NCBI GenBank assembly: GCA_004431415.1
Contig: QPMI01000302.1
Location: 1-46,114 of the forward strand
Direction of reading: 5' to 3'
DNA length: 46,114 nt
Source: Cyanophora paradoxa CCMP329
Taxonomy: Eukaryota > Plantae > Glaucophyta
How positions within the stretch are numbered: the stretch's first letter is position 1; every line of letters starts with the position of its first letter. Below the pieces are notes generated by a model. The model made no database searches and had not been told where the DNA came from. It saw nothing but the letters and a program-made list of their open reading frames with translations. Positions 35,801 to 46,114 of the stretch are shown one piece after another. Position numbers and translations under genes: made by a program.

Positions 35801-36715
35801 ACCCCAGGCGCTGCACCTGCGGCGTCTGGTACCCCAGGCGCCGTGCCCGTGTCGTCCGGTACCCCAGGCGCCGTACTCGTGACGTCTGGCACCCCAGGCG
35901 CTGCACCTGCGGCGTCTGGTACCCCAGGCGCCGTGTCCGTGGCGTCCGGTACCCCAGGCGCCGTACTCGTGACGTCTGGCACCCCAGGCGCTGCACCTGC
36001 GGCGTCTGGTACCCCAGGCGCTGCACCTGCGGCGTCCGGTACCCCAGGAGCTGCACCTGCGGCGTCTGGTGCGCCAGGCGCTGCACCTGCGGCGTCTGTT
36101 ACCCCTGGCGCTGGACCTGCGGCGTCTGGTGCCGCGCCCGCGGCGTCTGGTGCCCCAGGCTCCGTACCCCTGGCGTCCTCTGCTCCGTCCACCCCGGTCC
36201 CGCCGCCTACTGTCCCCGTCGCTCCATCACAGCCGCCACCCAGTGCACCCGCCTCGTCCCAGCCGCCCCGTGCCCAAGCCGCGCCGTCTCGGCGCGCCGC
36301 CGTCCCCGGCAGCGGTACGCAAGCCAGGTCGCAGCGGGCCGCCGCCTCGGCGCCTCCGCCCGAGCCGCGACCTCCGGCGGCCTCCACGAGCAAGAGCAAG
36401 CCCTCGAAGCGGCAGCGTGCGGCCGCACACGAGTCGGGGCAGCCGAAGGAGGTCGTCCGGGGGCCTGCAGGGAGGAGCCAGCGCAGCGAGCAGCGGGGCC
36501 CCGGGGCCGACGAGGCGAGGCAGCCTGGGGTGAGCGCGGCAGTGCAAGCGGGGCTCCCGGAGGGCGCCATGCCCCAGTTCTTCCCTCCCTCGGGCACCCT
36601 CATTCCCGGCAACGTGCTCCCGTCCGCGTGGAATGCAGCTGCCGGCGCCTGGCCGGCCACCCCCTGGCTCCCCATGACCTGGCCCCCCCATGGCCACTGG
36701 CCTCCCGCCCTCTGA
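32820..36715 (+). CDS. Coiled-coil + C3HC4 RING finger protein with Pro/Ala/Gly repeat tail, multi-exon
   Basis: Long heptad region (GRLAAQLSEAQLARATAEGRAAELELRLRE...); spliced RING CVRC...LQPCGHPVCV|DRGC...CPQCR; intron-free last exon of ~1.3 kb. The join across 33430-33730 was not resolved. Confidence 0.72.
35682..36160 (+). repeat. Coding minisatellite, 30-bp unit (PGAxPAASGT / PGAVPAAPRA), ~15 copies
   Basis: Units ccccgggcgccgtgcccgccgcgcctcgtg and accccaggcgctgcacctgcggcgtctggt; 90-bp higher-order duplication at 35811-35900 / 35901-35990. Confidence 0.95.
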
Positions 36716-37380
36716 TGTCGATGCGTCAACAATTGCACGAGGGGCAGCGCAAGCAGATCGCCCCCCTGATCATGAACGTGCGGCGGCCGCCCCGGGTATG
36801 CGATGCACGTGGCATAGTAGGAAACGCATGCTCGCGCATGTGCAAGTCACAGTGTGTGCACGAGGACAATATAATGTCTACACACAACCGCTAAAGCCTA
36901 AGCTCGAGCTGCAGAACCGCTAAAGCCGAGCTCAACATGTTACTTAATGCTACAAATATTAAATCGCACGTACTACATAGAATAGCCGCTAGTAGCGACG
37001 CCGGCAACGGCGTTGGCTAATGTAGATGAATTCGAAACGTTTATAAGTTAAATCAGCTGAGCAGATTACGTGTATGTAGTGTTAAGGTTTATTTATAAAA
37101 TTAATATTCATGAAGCCGAATGTTGTACTCTACGTTAACAAGGTGAATGAAGAATGAGCAAAAGCAGAAATCTGTGCACTGAACTCGAAGCTGTATATAT
37201 GCTATGTGCGAAAATCACAAGATCTGGAGGCTAAGCCTATCTGATTTCTTAGGAAGCCTCTTTACTTGTACATGTACAGTCCTTATGAATGAATCCCGAA
37301 TGTCGACGTCTAGGATTAACAAAATATACGGTTTGGAGGCCGGGCGGCTCAAGCATGCGCGACTCGCTGAGGTCAAGCCC

Positions 37381-40300
37381 TCAGTCGTCCTCGTTGTCGC
37401 CGTTGATGCCGACAAAGTAGCTGTGCAGGTGCACGCACTGCGCGCGGGGAAGAGGCGAAGTTCGGAGAGGGCGAGGGGGGGGGAGAGACGCGGGGGAGGG
37501 GGGGGGGGGGGGGGGGGGACGGGGGACGCGCCTTGAGGACGACGTCCTTGGGGACCATCTTGAGGATCTGGCCGGCGCGCCCCGTCTCCTCCCCGAGGCG
37601 GGCGAGCATGGGGGCGAAGAGGTAGACTGCGCGGCCCGCCCCCGCGCGCGTCGGCGGGGGCGGGGGCGGGCGTGCGCCACCGGCGCCCGGGGCGCACCGT
37701 AGAGGACCATCAGGAAGATCACAACGAAGCTCAGAATGAGCGCCTGCCGTGGCGCGCCCCGCGCGGAAGCAGCGTGAGCAGGGGCGAGCGCGACCGCGGC
37801 GGGGCGGGCCGGGGGCGGGGGCGGGCCTCCATGAGCTCGATGACGGCCATGGAGGCGACGGCCTCGGTGACGATCGCCCCCACCGCCTGGTTCAGCCCGT
37901 CGTCCAGGTCCCCCTCGTCGATTTCCTGCCCCCCGCCCCGCCACTCATCATCACCACGAAACCCAGAGCTGCAGGCATGCGCAAGGGCGGGCGGCGGCGG
38001 GCGGCGGACCATCATCAGGTTGAGCTGCTTGGAGTTGAGATTGTTGTAGTTGTTCTTGCGCACGATCGACGGGTCCTCCTTGCCCGTGAGCAGCAGGTCG
38101 GGCGCCGTCTCCTGCCGGTCGCCGTGATCGTGAGACGGAAAGTAAGCGCAACACGCGAGCGACGTCGGCGGGAATGCAAGGTCGGACCTGCATGATCATG
38201 GTGACGATGTCGACGACGCCCATGACCAGCGCGTCGAGCCCGTTCACTGCCGCCCCGCGGCCCGCCCCGCCTCAGAGCCGGCACCCGCGATCGCTGGAGC
38301 GCGTCCACTGTGGGGGGGCGCACCGACGAGCTGCATGTCCTCGACGCGGTCCGGCGTGCACTTGCTCTGCTGCAGCCGTAGGCACTCCGAGTCGTACATG
38401 ATCGTGTCCAGCGCCTGCGCCCCCGCGCCCTTCAGCGCCCCGCGCGCCCCCGGCCCCCGGCCGCGGCAGAGGCGGCCCGCCAGAGGGCTCGGACCTTGTT
38501 GCGGCCGTTGGCGCCCGTCACCTGGAACTCTTTGTCGCCGAACTTGAGGCCCTGCGCGCGCCCGAGCTCAGATCAGCACCCCGCCCTCCCTCGCCGCCCG
38601 CCGCGGGGGCCGCGCCCGGGGCGCCGCGTCACGGGCCTGGTGGATGCTCTTGAAGAGCTCCGTCTTCTGCTGGAGCCGCTCGAAGATGTCCTGTCGCTCG
38701 AGGAAGATCCCGTCTGCCCCGCACACGCCCCGCGGCCCGGCCCGTACGCGTCACGAGCCGGCCGGCGCCGTCCCCGGGGCGCCGGCCGGGGCGCACCGTT
38801 GATGTAGAGCTCGCGGGCGTAGAACGCGACCTCGCGCGCGATCGAGCGGCGCTGCGCCCCGCCGCGGGCCTCAGCGCCGGCGGCCGACGATCGCGAACGG
38901 GGGGGCCGCGCGCGGAACGCACGCGGCCGCCGAGGTTGATCTCGTAGGCGAAGCTGCGAGCAGGGCGCGCCGGCGCGCCGCCGTCAGAAACGAGAGGCGG
39001 CGGGGGCGAAAAGGCGGGGTCCGGGCCGGGTCGGAGGCCCTAGGGCGAGGGCGGGGAGGGGCGGACCCCTTGCCGGCGTCGAGGATGACGAAGCAAACAA
39101 TGAAGTTGACGATGAAGATACCGCCGATGATCACCTGAGAGGAGGCTCGCTGCCTTGCACCAGTCCGACAGAACCGGCGCATGCTCACGAAGGCGATGGT
39201 GTACTTGCGGGTGAGCATGTCGAGGATGTCGGGCCCGCGGGACTCCCCCTCCTCCCCCTTCTTCTTCTCCCGCTCCTTCTTCTTCTTCTTCGCCGCCTCG
39301 TCGCCGCTCGAGGAGCCCGAGCCCGAGCTCTTCTCCTTCTTCTCCGACTTGCCGCTCTTCGCCGCCTCCGCCTCCGGATCCTCCCCCTCCCCGCGCTTCT
39401 TCCGCCCCTTGCCCTTGCCCGCGCCCTCCTCCGCGGGAGGGGCGGCCTTGGGGGGCAGCTGGAGGGCGGCCTTCGGGTCCTCCTCCTCCCCGATCGCGAG
39501 CCGCAGCGCCGCCGGCAGGCCCTCGCCGCCCGCCCCGCCCCCCGCCCCCGCGTCGTGCCTGCCGGGCTCCCTGGGGCGGCCGCCGCGGAGCATGCCGCCC
39601 GAGGCGACGCTGGGGCGGCGCTCGAGGGCGGCGCTGGGGCGGCGCAGCTGGAGCGCCCCCTCGCTCGCCCCGGAGCGCCCGCTCGGGCCGCGCTCCCGCT
39701 GCCGCCCTCCTCCGCCTCCACCTCGGGGAAGAGGTCGGCGACGATGGCCCGCCGCTCCTCCCCGCCCGCCTTCCCGTTCTTCCCGCCCTTGCCCGCCTCG
39801 GGGTACGGCGCGTCCATCAGGTCCGGCAGCGCGAGCAGCTCCTCCTGCCGCCGCCTCGCCCCGCTCGGCCCCCGCGGGGGCGGGGGCGGGCCGGGGCGGC
39901 GGGGGCACACGGAGGAGACGGGGGTCTTGGGGTGGGCGGCCTTGGCCCCGCTGCCCCCCGTCCTGCTCCCCGTGCTCCCTCTGCCCCGTCGCCCCCGCTC
40001 GGCCCCGCCCCGTCCCGGGGGCGAGGGGCGCGCGCTGGCGGCGCACGTGAAGGAGCCCAGCGGCCCCGCGTCGGCGCCGGCGTCGGGCCGGCGCCAGGCT
40101 CCTCGTCGTCCGCCCCGCGAGCGCCGCCCCGCCTTCAGCTGCCCCGCGCTCCCTCCCGAGCGCGCCGAGGGGCCTCGCTGGGGCGGCCCGAGGAGGCCCC
40201 GGCGGCGCCCTCCGCCTCGCGCTGCTCGGGCACCGCGGGGAGGGGCGGCACGGGCACCGCCGCCGCCGCCGCCGCCGCCTTCACCTCCGCCTCGCTCTCC

Positions 40301-43300
40301 GTCACACTCGTCGCCCCCGTGTCGCTCTCCCTGCCCCGCCCCCCGTCAGCGCCCCGCCGCCCGGCCTGGCACCGGCCCCACCCGCGCCGGGGGACGCACG
40401 CCGCCTTGCCCTTCTTTTGCTTGCGCCGCGAGGCCCCGCGCTTCTTCTCCTTCCGCCCGCCGTGCTTTTTCCTCGCCTTCTTTTCGCCGGCGCCGCCCTC
40501 GCGATCGCCGTCGGACTTGGGGTCGGGGCCGCCCTCCTCGTCGCTCCCCGCCGCCTCCTCCTCGGCCGGCTTCTTGCGCTGCAGGCGCAGCCGCCGCGTG
40601 CTCCGCGAGCGCGCCCGGCCCCCGTCCGAGTCCTCGTCGCCGCTGGCGGCCTCGGAGCTGCTCGAGGCGGAGCCGCGGCGGCTCTTCCCGCCCTCCTCCC
40701 CGTCCGAGGCCGAGGCGTCCGAGCCGTCCTCGTCCTGCGCCCTCTTGTGCGCCTTGCTGTAGTGCTTCGCCACCTGCTTCAGGAGGGGCCGCGGGATGCC
40801 CGAGAGGATGTCCGAGACGCCCCGCATCGTGATCCGCACGTTCTTGAAGCTCGGCCTGCCCCGACCCGGGCCCGTCACCCCGGCCCCCTCTCGCCGCCCG
40901 GCCCGCCGCGCGCGCAGAGCGGGCCCCGGCGCACCGGAAGACAAAGAGCGCCTCAGAGATGAGGGTGCAGATGGAGACGCAGCAGATGGCGAGCAGGACC
41001 CTGCGCGCAGCGCCGAGTGAGTCGAGAGGGCACGCCAGGCCGGGCCGCGCCCCGCGGCTCGAGGGTCGCGATCGAGGAGAGAGAGGGCCCTCTTCGAACG
41101 CTGCCGCCTCGAAATGGAGCTCGAGGCGGGGCCGCGCGGCGCACCACTTGGCCTTCTCGATGACGCCCATGACCTCGTCCTCGTAGAGGCCGGCCCCCAC
41201 GTTCAGCTCCTCCAGGATCCCGAAGAGCGCTGCGCCCCCGAGCCATCGCTCGCTGCCTCTGCTGCCCACGCGCCGCATTCTCCAAGGGGCGCCAGGGCGC
41301 GCGCACCATTCTGGAAGACAAACTTCACCTCCTTGATCTTCTGCAGGTCTGCGCGCCCGCCGGCCCGTCAGCGCGCCGCGCGCACGCGCCGACGCCTTGC
41401 GCGGGGCGGGGCGCGGGGCCGGACCCCTGAAGTTGTCGGGGTGCATGAGGGAGATGCGCCTGCAGGCGATCATGATCTGCGGGGCGGGGCGATGCTCGCG
41501 TTCTGCATCTTTCGCGCGTGATATCGATATGATGAGGCTCTCTCTGGACTCACGGCGTTGCCGGCGTCCCACATCGACTGCCGCTCGTGGATCTCTGCCC
41601 CGTGACCGTCAGAGGAGAGGAGATGGGGGGCGCGCGGGGCGGACCGTAGATGGGGGGTCCCGGGAAGAACTTGATGATGTCGGCGTCTGGTTGGCGCCAG
41701 TACTCCACCAGCGCCGGCGTCGTGCTCGGCGGCATCCCCGTGTCTGCGCCAAGAGACGACCGGGCAGCGCTCAGAGGGGCCCAGCGCCACACCCGACCCG
41801 CAGAGCAGCCTCGCGCAGGGCTAGGCGGGTGGGTAGCGCCGGCGGCGGACCCTCGTATCCGAAGCTGCGGGCCCGAGCAGGGGGGCGGGGGTGAGGAGGG
41901 GGCGGGGGGCGGGGGTGGGGGCGGTGCGGGGCGGGGGGCGCGGGGCGCGTGCGCACTAGAGGCCGCGGTGGTCGTAGGAGAAGTCCTTCGAGCGGAGGCC
42001 GACCTCGCCCGCCCAGTAGCTGAAGCGCCCCGTGTCTGCCCCAGCGGCACGTGCACCCCCCGTGAGGGGGCGGGGTGCAGGGGGCGCGGGCGAGCGGCGC
42101 GCCGTTGCCGAGGGCGGAGAGGTGCATCCAGCGGATCATGTTGTTGACGGCGACGACGCGGCGGCGCTGGAAGGAGAGGAAGCGGAGGCGCTGGCTGGCC
42201 TGCGTGTACTCGACGAAGAGGAGCTTGACGGCGATGAACATGGCGGTGGCGAGGGCGGCGAGGAAGAGGAGGCCGACGACGACGCCCCAGAAGAGCCTGC
42301 GCACGGCGCGCGTCTCGTTCGCCCGCATCTTCAGCTCCTTGTTCCCCGCCCGCTTCCGCGCCAGCGCGCTCGACGAGGCCCCTGCCGCCCGCCTCAGCCG
42401 GGGGCGGGGGCGGGGCGGGGCGGGGCGGGGCGGGGCGGGGCGGGGACCGGAGGAGGCGGACTCGGAGACGGAGGCGGACTCCTTGGCGGAGGGGCCGCCC
42501 CCCGCGCTCTGCGACTGCGACTGCGACTGCGACGCCGAGAGGGACGCCGTCTTCGACTCCGACTCCTCCACCTCGTCTGCTTTCTGCGCCCCGCCCCCCT
42601 CGGCTCGCGCCCCGGCCCCCCGCCCCGCCCCGCCCCCGCTGACCATGAAGTAGAGCTGCGCCCGCGCCTTGTCGTTCTGCCCGCCCCCGCCGCCCCCTGC
42701 GCGTCAGCCGAGGAGGAGGAGCGGAGGAGGCGGAGGGAGGGCGGGATGTGGCGGGAGAGGAGTAGAATTTCGAAGCCCAATTTATAATTTCGAAGGCTGG
42801 AGGGGCGGGGCCGGGGCGCGCCATGCACTGCTCGAGGAAGGCGGCGTAGGAGCGCAGCAGGATCTTCGAATTGCTGTACCCTACGCACGCGCCCGCGTGA
42901 GGCCGCGCCGGCGCTGCTTGCGCCGCGGGCGCTGGGGGGCGGACGCTTGATGAGGAGGGCGTAGACTTGATCGGCCTCCTTCGCCGTCTGTGCGATGTCC
43001 GCCAGCCTGCGCCGGCGCCCTCAGACGCGAGCGAGGGCGGGCCGGGGCGGGGCGGGCGGGCCGGCGGGGGACGTCGTCCAGGGCGCCCGCCACGTGCAGG
43101 TTCTTCTTCGCGAGGCCGACCCTGCCCCCCCGCCCCGCCCTCGCTCCCCGCACCCCCGCCCCCCGCGCGAGGCCGGCACCAGAAGGCGCGGATGAGCTTG
43201 ATGGTGCGCGTGTGGCCGGTGCGGGCCTGCGGGGGGCCACATGTGTGAGCGGGCCTGCCGGCTTCACGGCTCACGCTCGTGCGCGCGGGGGCCGGCGCGC

Positions 43301-46093
43301 CTGCTCGTACTGGCGCTTGGCATCGGCGCTGCTGAAGAGGTCCGCCGCCGCGCCCCCGGCCCCGCTCGCCGCGTGCACCTGCGCCTGCCGCTCCCAGCTG
43401 CCCCGCGCGCCCCGATCCGTGAGGGGCAGAGGGGCACTGGGGCGCTGGGGCGCTGGGGGGCGGGCTGCGGGCCGCACAAGAGTTTCGTGGAGTGGAGCTC
43501 GTAGCGGTAGTCGATCGCTGCGGCGGCGCGGCGTGAGCGTCGATCGCGAGGGCGGGGCCGGGGCCGGGGGCCGGGCGGGGCGGACCGGGCTCCTTGCGCC
43601 AGCCGTTGCGGATCTCGGCGGAGGCGGCGTTCGGGTTGTTCGCGAACGACTTGAGCACGTGCGCCAGCTGCCCCGGCCCCCAGCTCGCCCCCGCAGGGGC
43701 GCTGCGAAGGGCTAGGGCCCGGGGCGCGGCGCCGGCCGCACGATGATGTGGACGTAGGCGGAGGCGGGGAACTGGAGGAGGGCGTTGCGCAGCATGAGCT
43801 CGGCCTTCTGCACGGCCGCCGGCGAGTCGTCCTCCGTGAGGAGCACCCGCACCGCCAGCTCCGCCTCCGTCGGGCTGCCGCCCCCTCAGCCCCCGCCCGC
43901 CCCGCCCGCAAGCCTCGCGCGCGCGCGCGCCTCTTGAACTCGAGCGACTCGACCTCTTGAGCCGCCGCCAGCTTCCCGATCTGCCAGTACCGGAACTCTG
44001 CGATTTCGAGCCGTATGCAATTAGAGGCGGCTCGGGGCCGAGAGCGCGCTGGGGGGGGGGGTCGCCGGGGCGCGCGCACTGACGGCGGCGGCGGCGGCGG
44101 CGAAGGCGAAGCCGGCGAGGGCGGCGGCGACGCTGGAGGCGAGCACGCGGAGGGCGTCGTCGCGCTTGCCCACCGACGTCAGCACGCACGACGCCAGCGC
44201 CAGGTACGTCCCCGCCCCCAGGAAGCCGCCCCGCTGCGCCCCGACGCCGCCGCCGTCAGTGGCGGCGGGGCGGGATTGGGGAGGGATGCGGGCGGGCCAT
44301 GTAGTTGAAGGCGGGGCGGTAGGAAGGGAGGTGGGAGAGGAGGATGCGGAAGGGGAGGGCGGTGCAGGCGAGGTAGAGGATGCAGACGATCGTGCTCTCC
44401 TCCGCGACGACCACTGAGGCGGCGCGTGAGCTCGAGGAGACCGAGGCGGCCGCCCCCGCCGCCGCGTGGAGGGAGACGGACCGGAGGCGGCGACCATGAG
44501 GAGGCGGCCGAGGGCGTAGGCGGCGTGGAAGCGCCCGTGGGGCCGGCTCTCCCAGTCCGGGCAGTGCTGCGCGTGCGCGCCCCGTCGGGCGGGGCCCCGG
44601 CCCCGGGGCGAGGGGCCGCTGGCGCTGGGCGGGCACGATGTGGTTGTGGCGGAAGAGGAGGAAGAAGAAGAGGCTCGCGAGGACGAACAAGGCGAGCGTC
44701 CCCGCCGCCACCGCCGCGTGCACCGTCTGCCCCCCCGCGCCCCCGACCTCCGTCAGCAAGCGGGGGGGGGGGGGGGGGGGCGGCGGGGCTCGGGGGGTGC
44801 TCGGCTGCGGCGCGCCCAGGCGAGGTCGAGGCACTTGAAGAGGGCGGGGGAGGTCGGCGCGCCCGGCAGCAGGTCGTCCTGTCCGCACGAGAAGACCGAC
44901 CCGAACACCTTCCTGCGCGCCCCCGTCGCCACGAGCCCTCCGCCCAGGCCGGCGCGCGAGGGGACCGATTGCGAGAGCTCGCGAGCTCGAGGGCGGGATC
45001 GCGCGCGCGCACAGGTAGGGGATGTAGATGCCGTAGAGGCAGCCCTGCGCGCCGCATCGGCCCCTCGGACCGACGCCGCAGCGGAGGGGGTGCGGCCAAG
45101 CGGGGGCGCCCGGCGGGGACGGGCGGGGCGGACGCGGGCGGCGATGCTCATCCAGATCTGCACCTCCCGGCCCTTGTTCTTCTGGAGGCGCAGGACGTAG
45201 TAGAGAAATGAGACGAGCACGAAGAGCGTGATCCCGAAGAGCGCCCAGAAGGTCCGCTGCGCCCCGTCCGCCCCGCTCGCCCCCGCCCCGCCCGACAGAA
45301 AGGGGGGGCGGTATGGGCGCGCCGAGAAGGCAACAATCTCGTGCTGGGTGAAGAGGGCGTATAGGTCGATCCAGCGGAGGAAGGGCCGCGTCACCCCCGC
45401 CGCGAACCCTGCTCCCGAACGGATGCGCCCCCGGCCCCCTCGCGATCGGTTGATCGCAGCTCGATCGCGATCGCGAGTGGGGCGGGACTGCAATTGGGCG
45501 CGGCAGGCCTAGGGGGCGCGGACCCGAGGTGCGGCCCATCACGAGACAGAGGAGCTGGATGCCGTCCAAGATCGCCCAGAGCTGTGAGGCCGCCCCGCGG
45601 TGAGACCCAGGGGAGCGCCGCAGGCGGCGCTAGCGCTGGGGCGGCGCGCGCCGGCGCCGGATATCGATCCGGAACGCCGCCGAGCGTGCGCGCACCACAG
45701 CCAGGTACTGTTCCCGCCGGTTGTTGTATTTCTTGTTGCTGCACGCGGTCGCTCGCTGCATCAGCGCCGGTCCGGCACGGGCAAGGGGGGTCGGGCGCGG
45801 CCATCCAGTGCAGCGCTAGCGCCAGTGCAGGGCCGACCTGATTTCAGTCTGCGTGCGCGAGACGGAGAGGCGTGCGGTCAGCCGGCCCTGGCACGAGGGA
45901 CATCCGAGAGTGGGCGGGGCGGGGCGGGGCTTACGAGGCCGACTTGGACTGCAGGAGGTGGGGCCAGGGCGCGGGCGGGGCGGGCGGGGCGCGGCTGGCG
46001 TTAGTGCCGGGACGAGGCCGTCGCCGGCGCCGGCGCTGGGCGATCGCGCCGGCCTCGCCACGCGCACGCACCCGAGAAAGTCGCCCTCCATAA
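37381..46093 (-). CDS. Large polytopic membrane protein of the Tiny macrocysts TmcB/TmcC type (5' end beyond window)
   Basis: N-terminal TM bundle (LDGIQLLCLV, SRPHGRFHAAY, LPSYRPAFNYMRGG), helical repeats (LLQFPASAYVHII; YSNSKILLRSYAAFLEQCM|NDKARAQLYF), further TM/loop modules (YWRQPD..SMWDAGN), an acidic/Lys-rich linker, and a C-terminal TM followed by ILKMVPKDV. Dozens of short introns. Confidence 0.72.
45838..45948 (-). other. Two consecutive microexons (14 nt at 45935-45948; 11 nt at 45838-45848)
   Basis: Each is flanked by CAG|...|GT with an upstream branch motif (ctaac, ctgac). Using both gives the open frame LWRATFSVQVGLTEISNKKYNNRREQYLAVLWAILDG. Confidence 0.75.
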
Positions 46094-46114
46094 CTGCGCA
46101 TGTGCATGCGCGGG

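Noticed and set aside
35682-36160. 30-bp periodic array as a CRISPR-like locus
   Set aside because: No unique spacers; it is an in-frame coding minisatellite in a eukaryotic gene.
36900-37330. AT-rich block as a possible ncRNA or foreign insert
   Set aside because: No tRNA, snRNA or snoRNA hallmarks; consistent with the 3' UTR/terminator zone of two convergent genes.
46072-46091. ATG at 46091 (MEGDFLG) as the start of the Tmc-like gene
   Set aside because: Spliced in that frame it hits TGA in the 11-nt exon; the open frame enters from an acceptor at 46094, so the gene starts outside the window.

Overview
Gene-dense, very GC-rich eukaryotic nuclear DNA. The long six-frame ORFs are mostly GC artefacts; the real genes are split by many short (~50-80 nt) spliceosomal introns. 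I can hand-assemble about 18 genes: ZC2HC1-like zinc finger, lipocalin, kinesin-8, PIG-M, an acidic hypothetical, WD40, F-box-like, LamG-like, an SDH6-like membrane protein, PSMG3, HSL-family esterase, HSCB, ANP32, plastid CdsA, UPRT, PLAC8, coiled-coil RING, and a TmcB/TmcC-like giant running off the right edge. The 'MAAFV' transit peptide on CdsA, with the GC content and intron density, points to a glaucophyte (Cyanophora-like); this is an inference. The most striking signals are architectural. (1) A G-rich/C-rich wave runs through gene bodies, so synonymous codons flip from G-ending to C-ending along an exon while introns go C-rich to G-rich. (2) Half of the introns mapped in two genes have GC donors, each preceded by an exonic G. 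(3) Many acceptors have G-tracts instead of polypyrimidine tracts. (4) There are 10-20 nt microexons, plus one 6-nt candidate. (5) Gene strand alternates almost strictly, with tiny divergent promoters. Exon boundaries were read by eye, and some GC-rich tracts appear to carry assembly indels.
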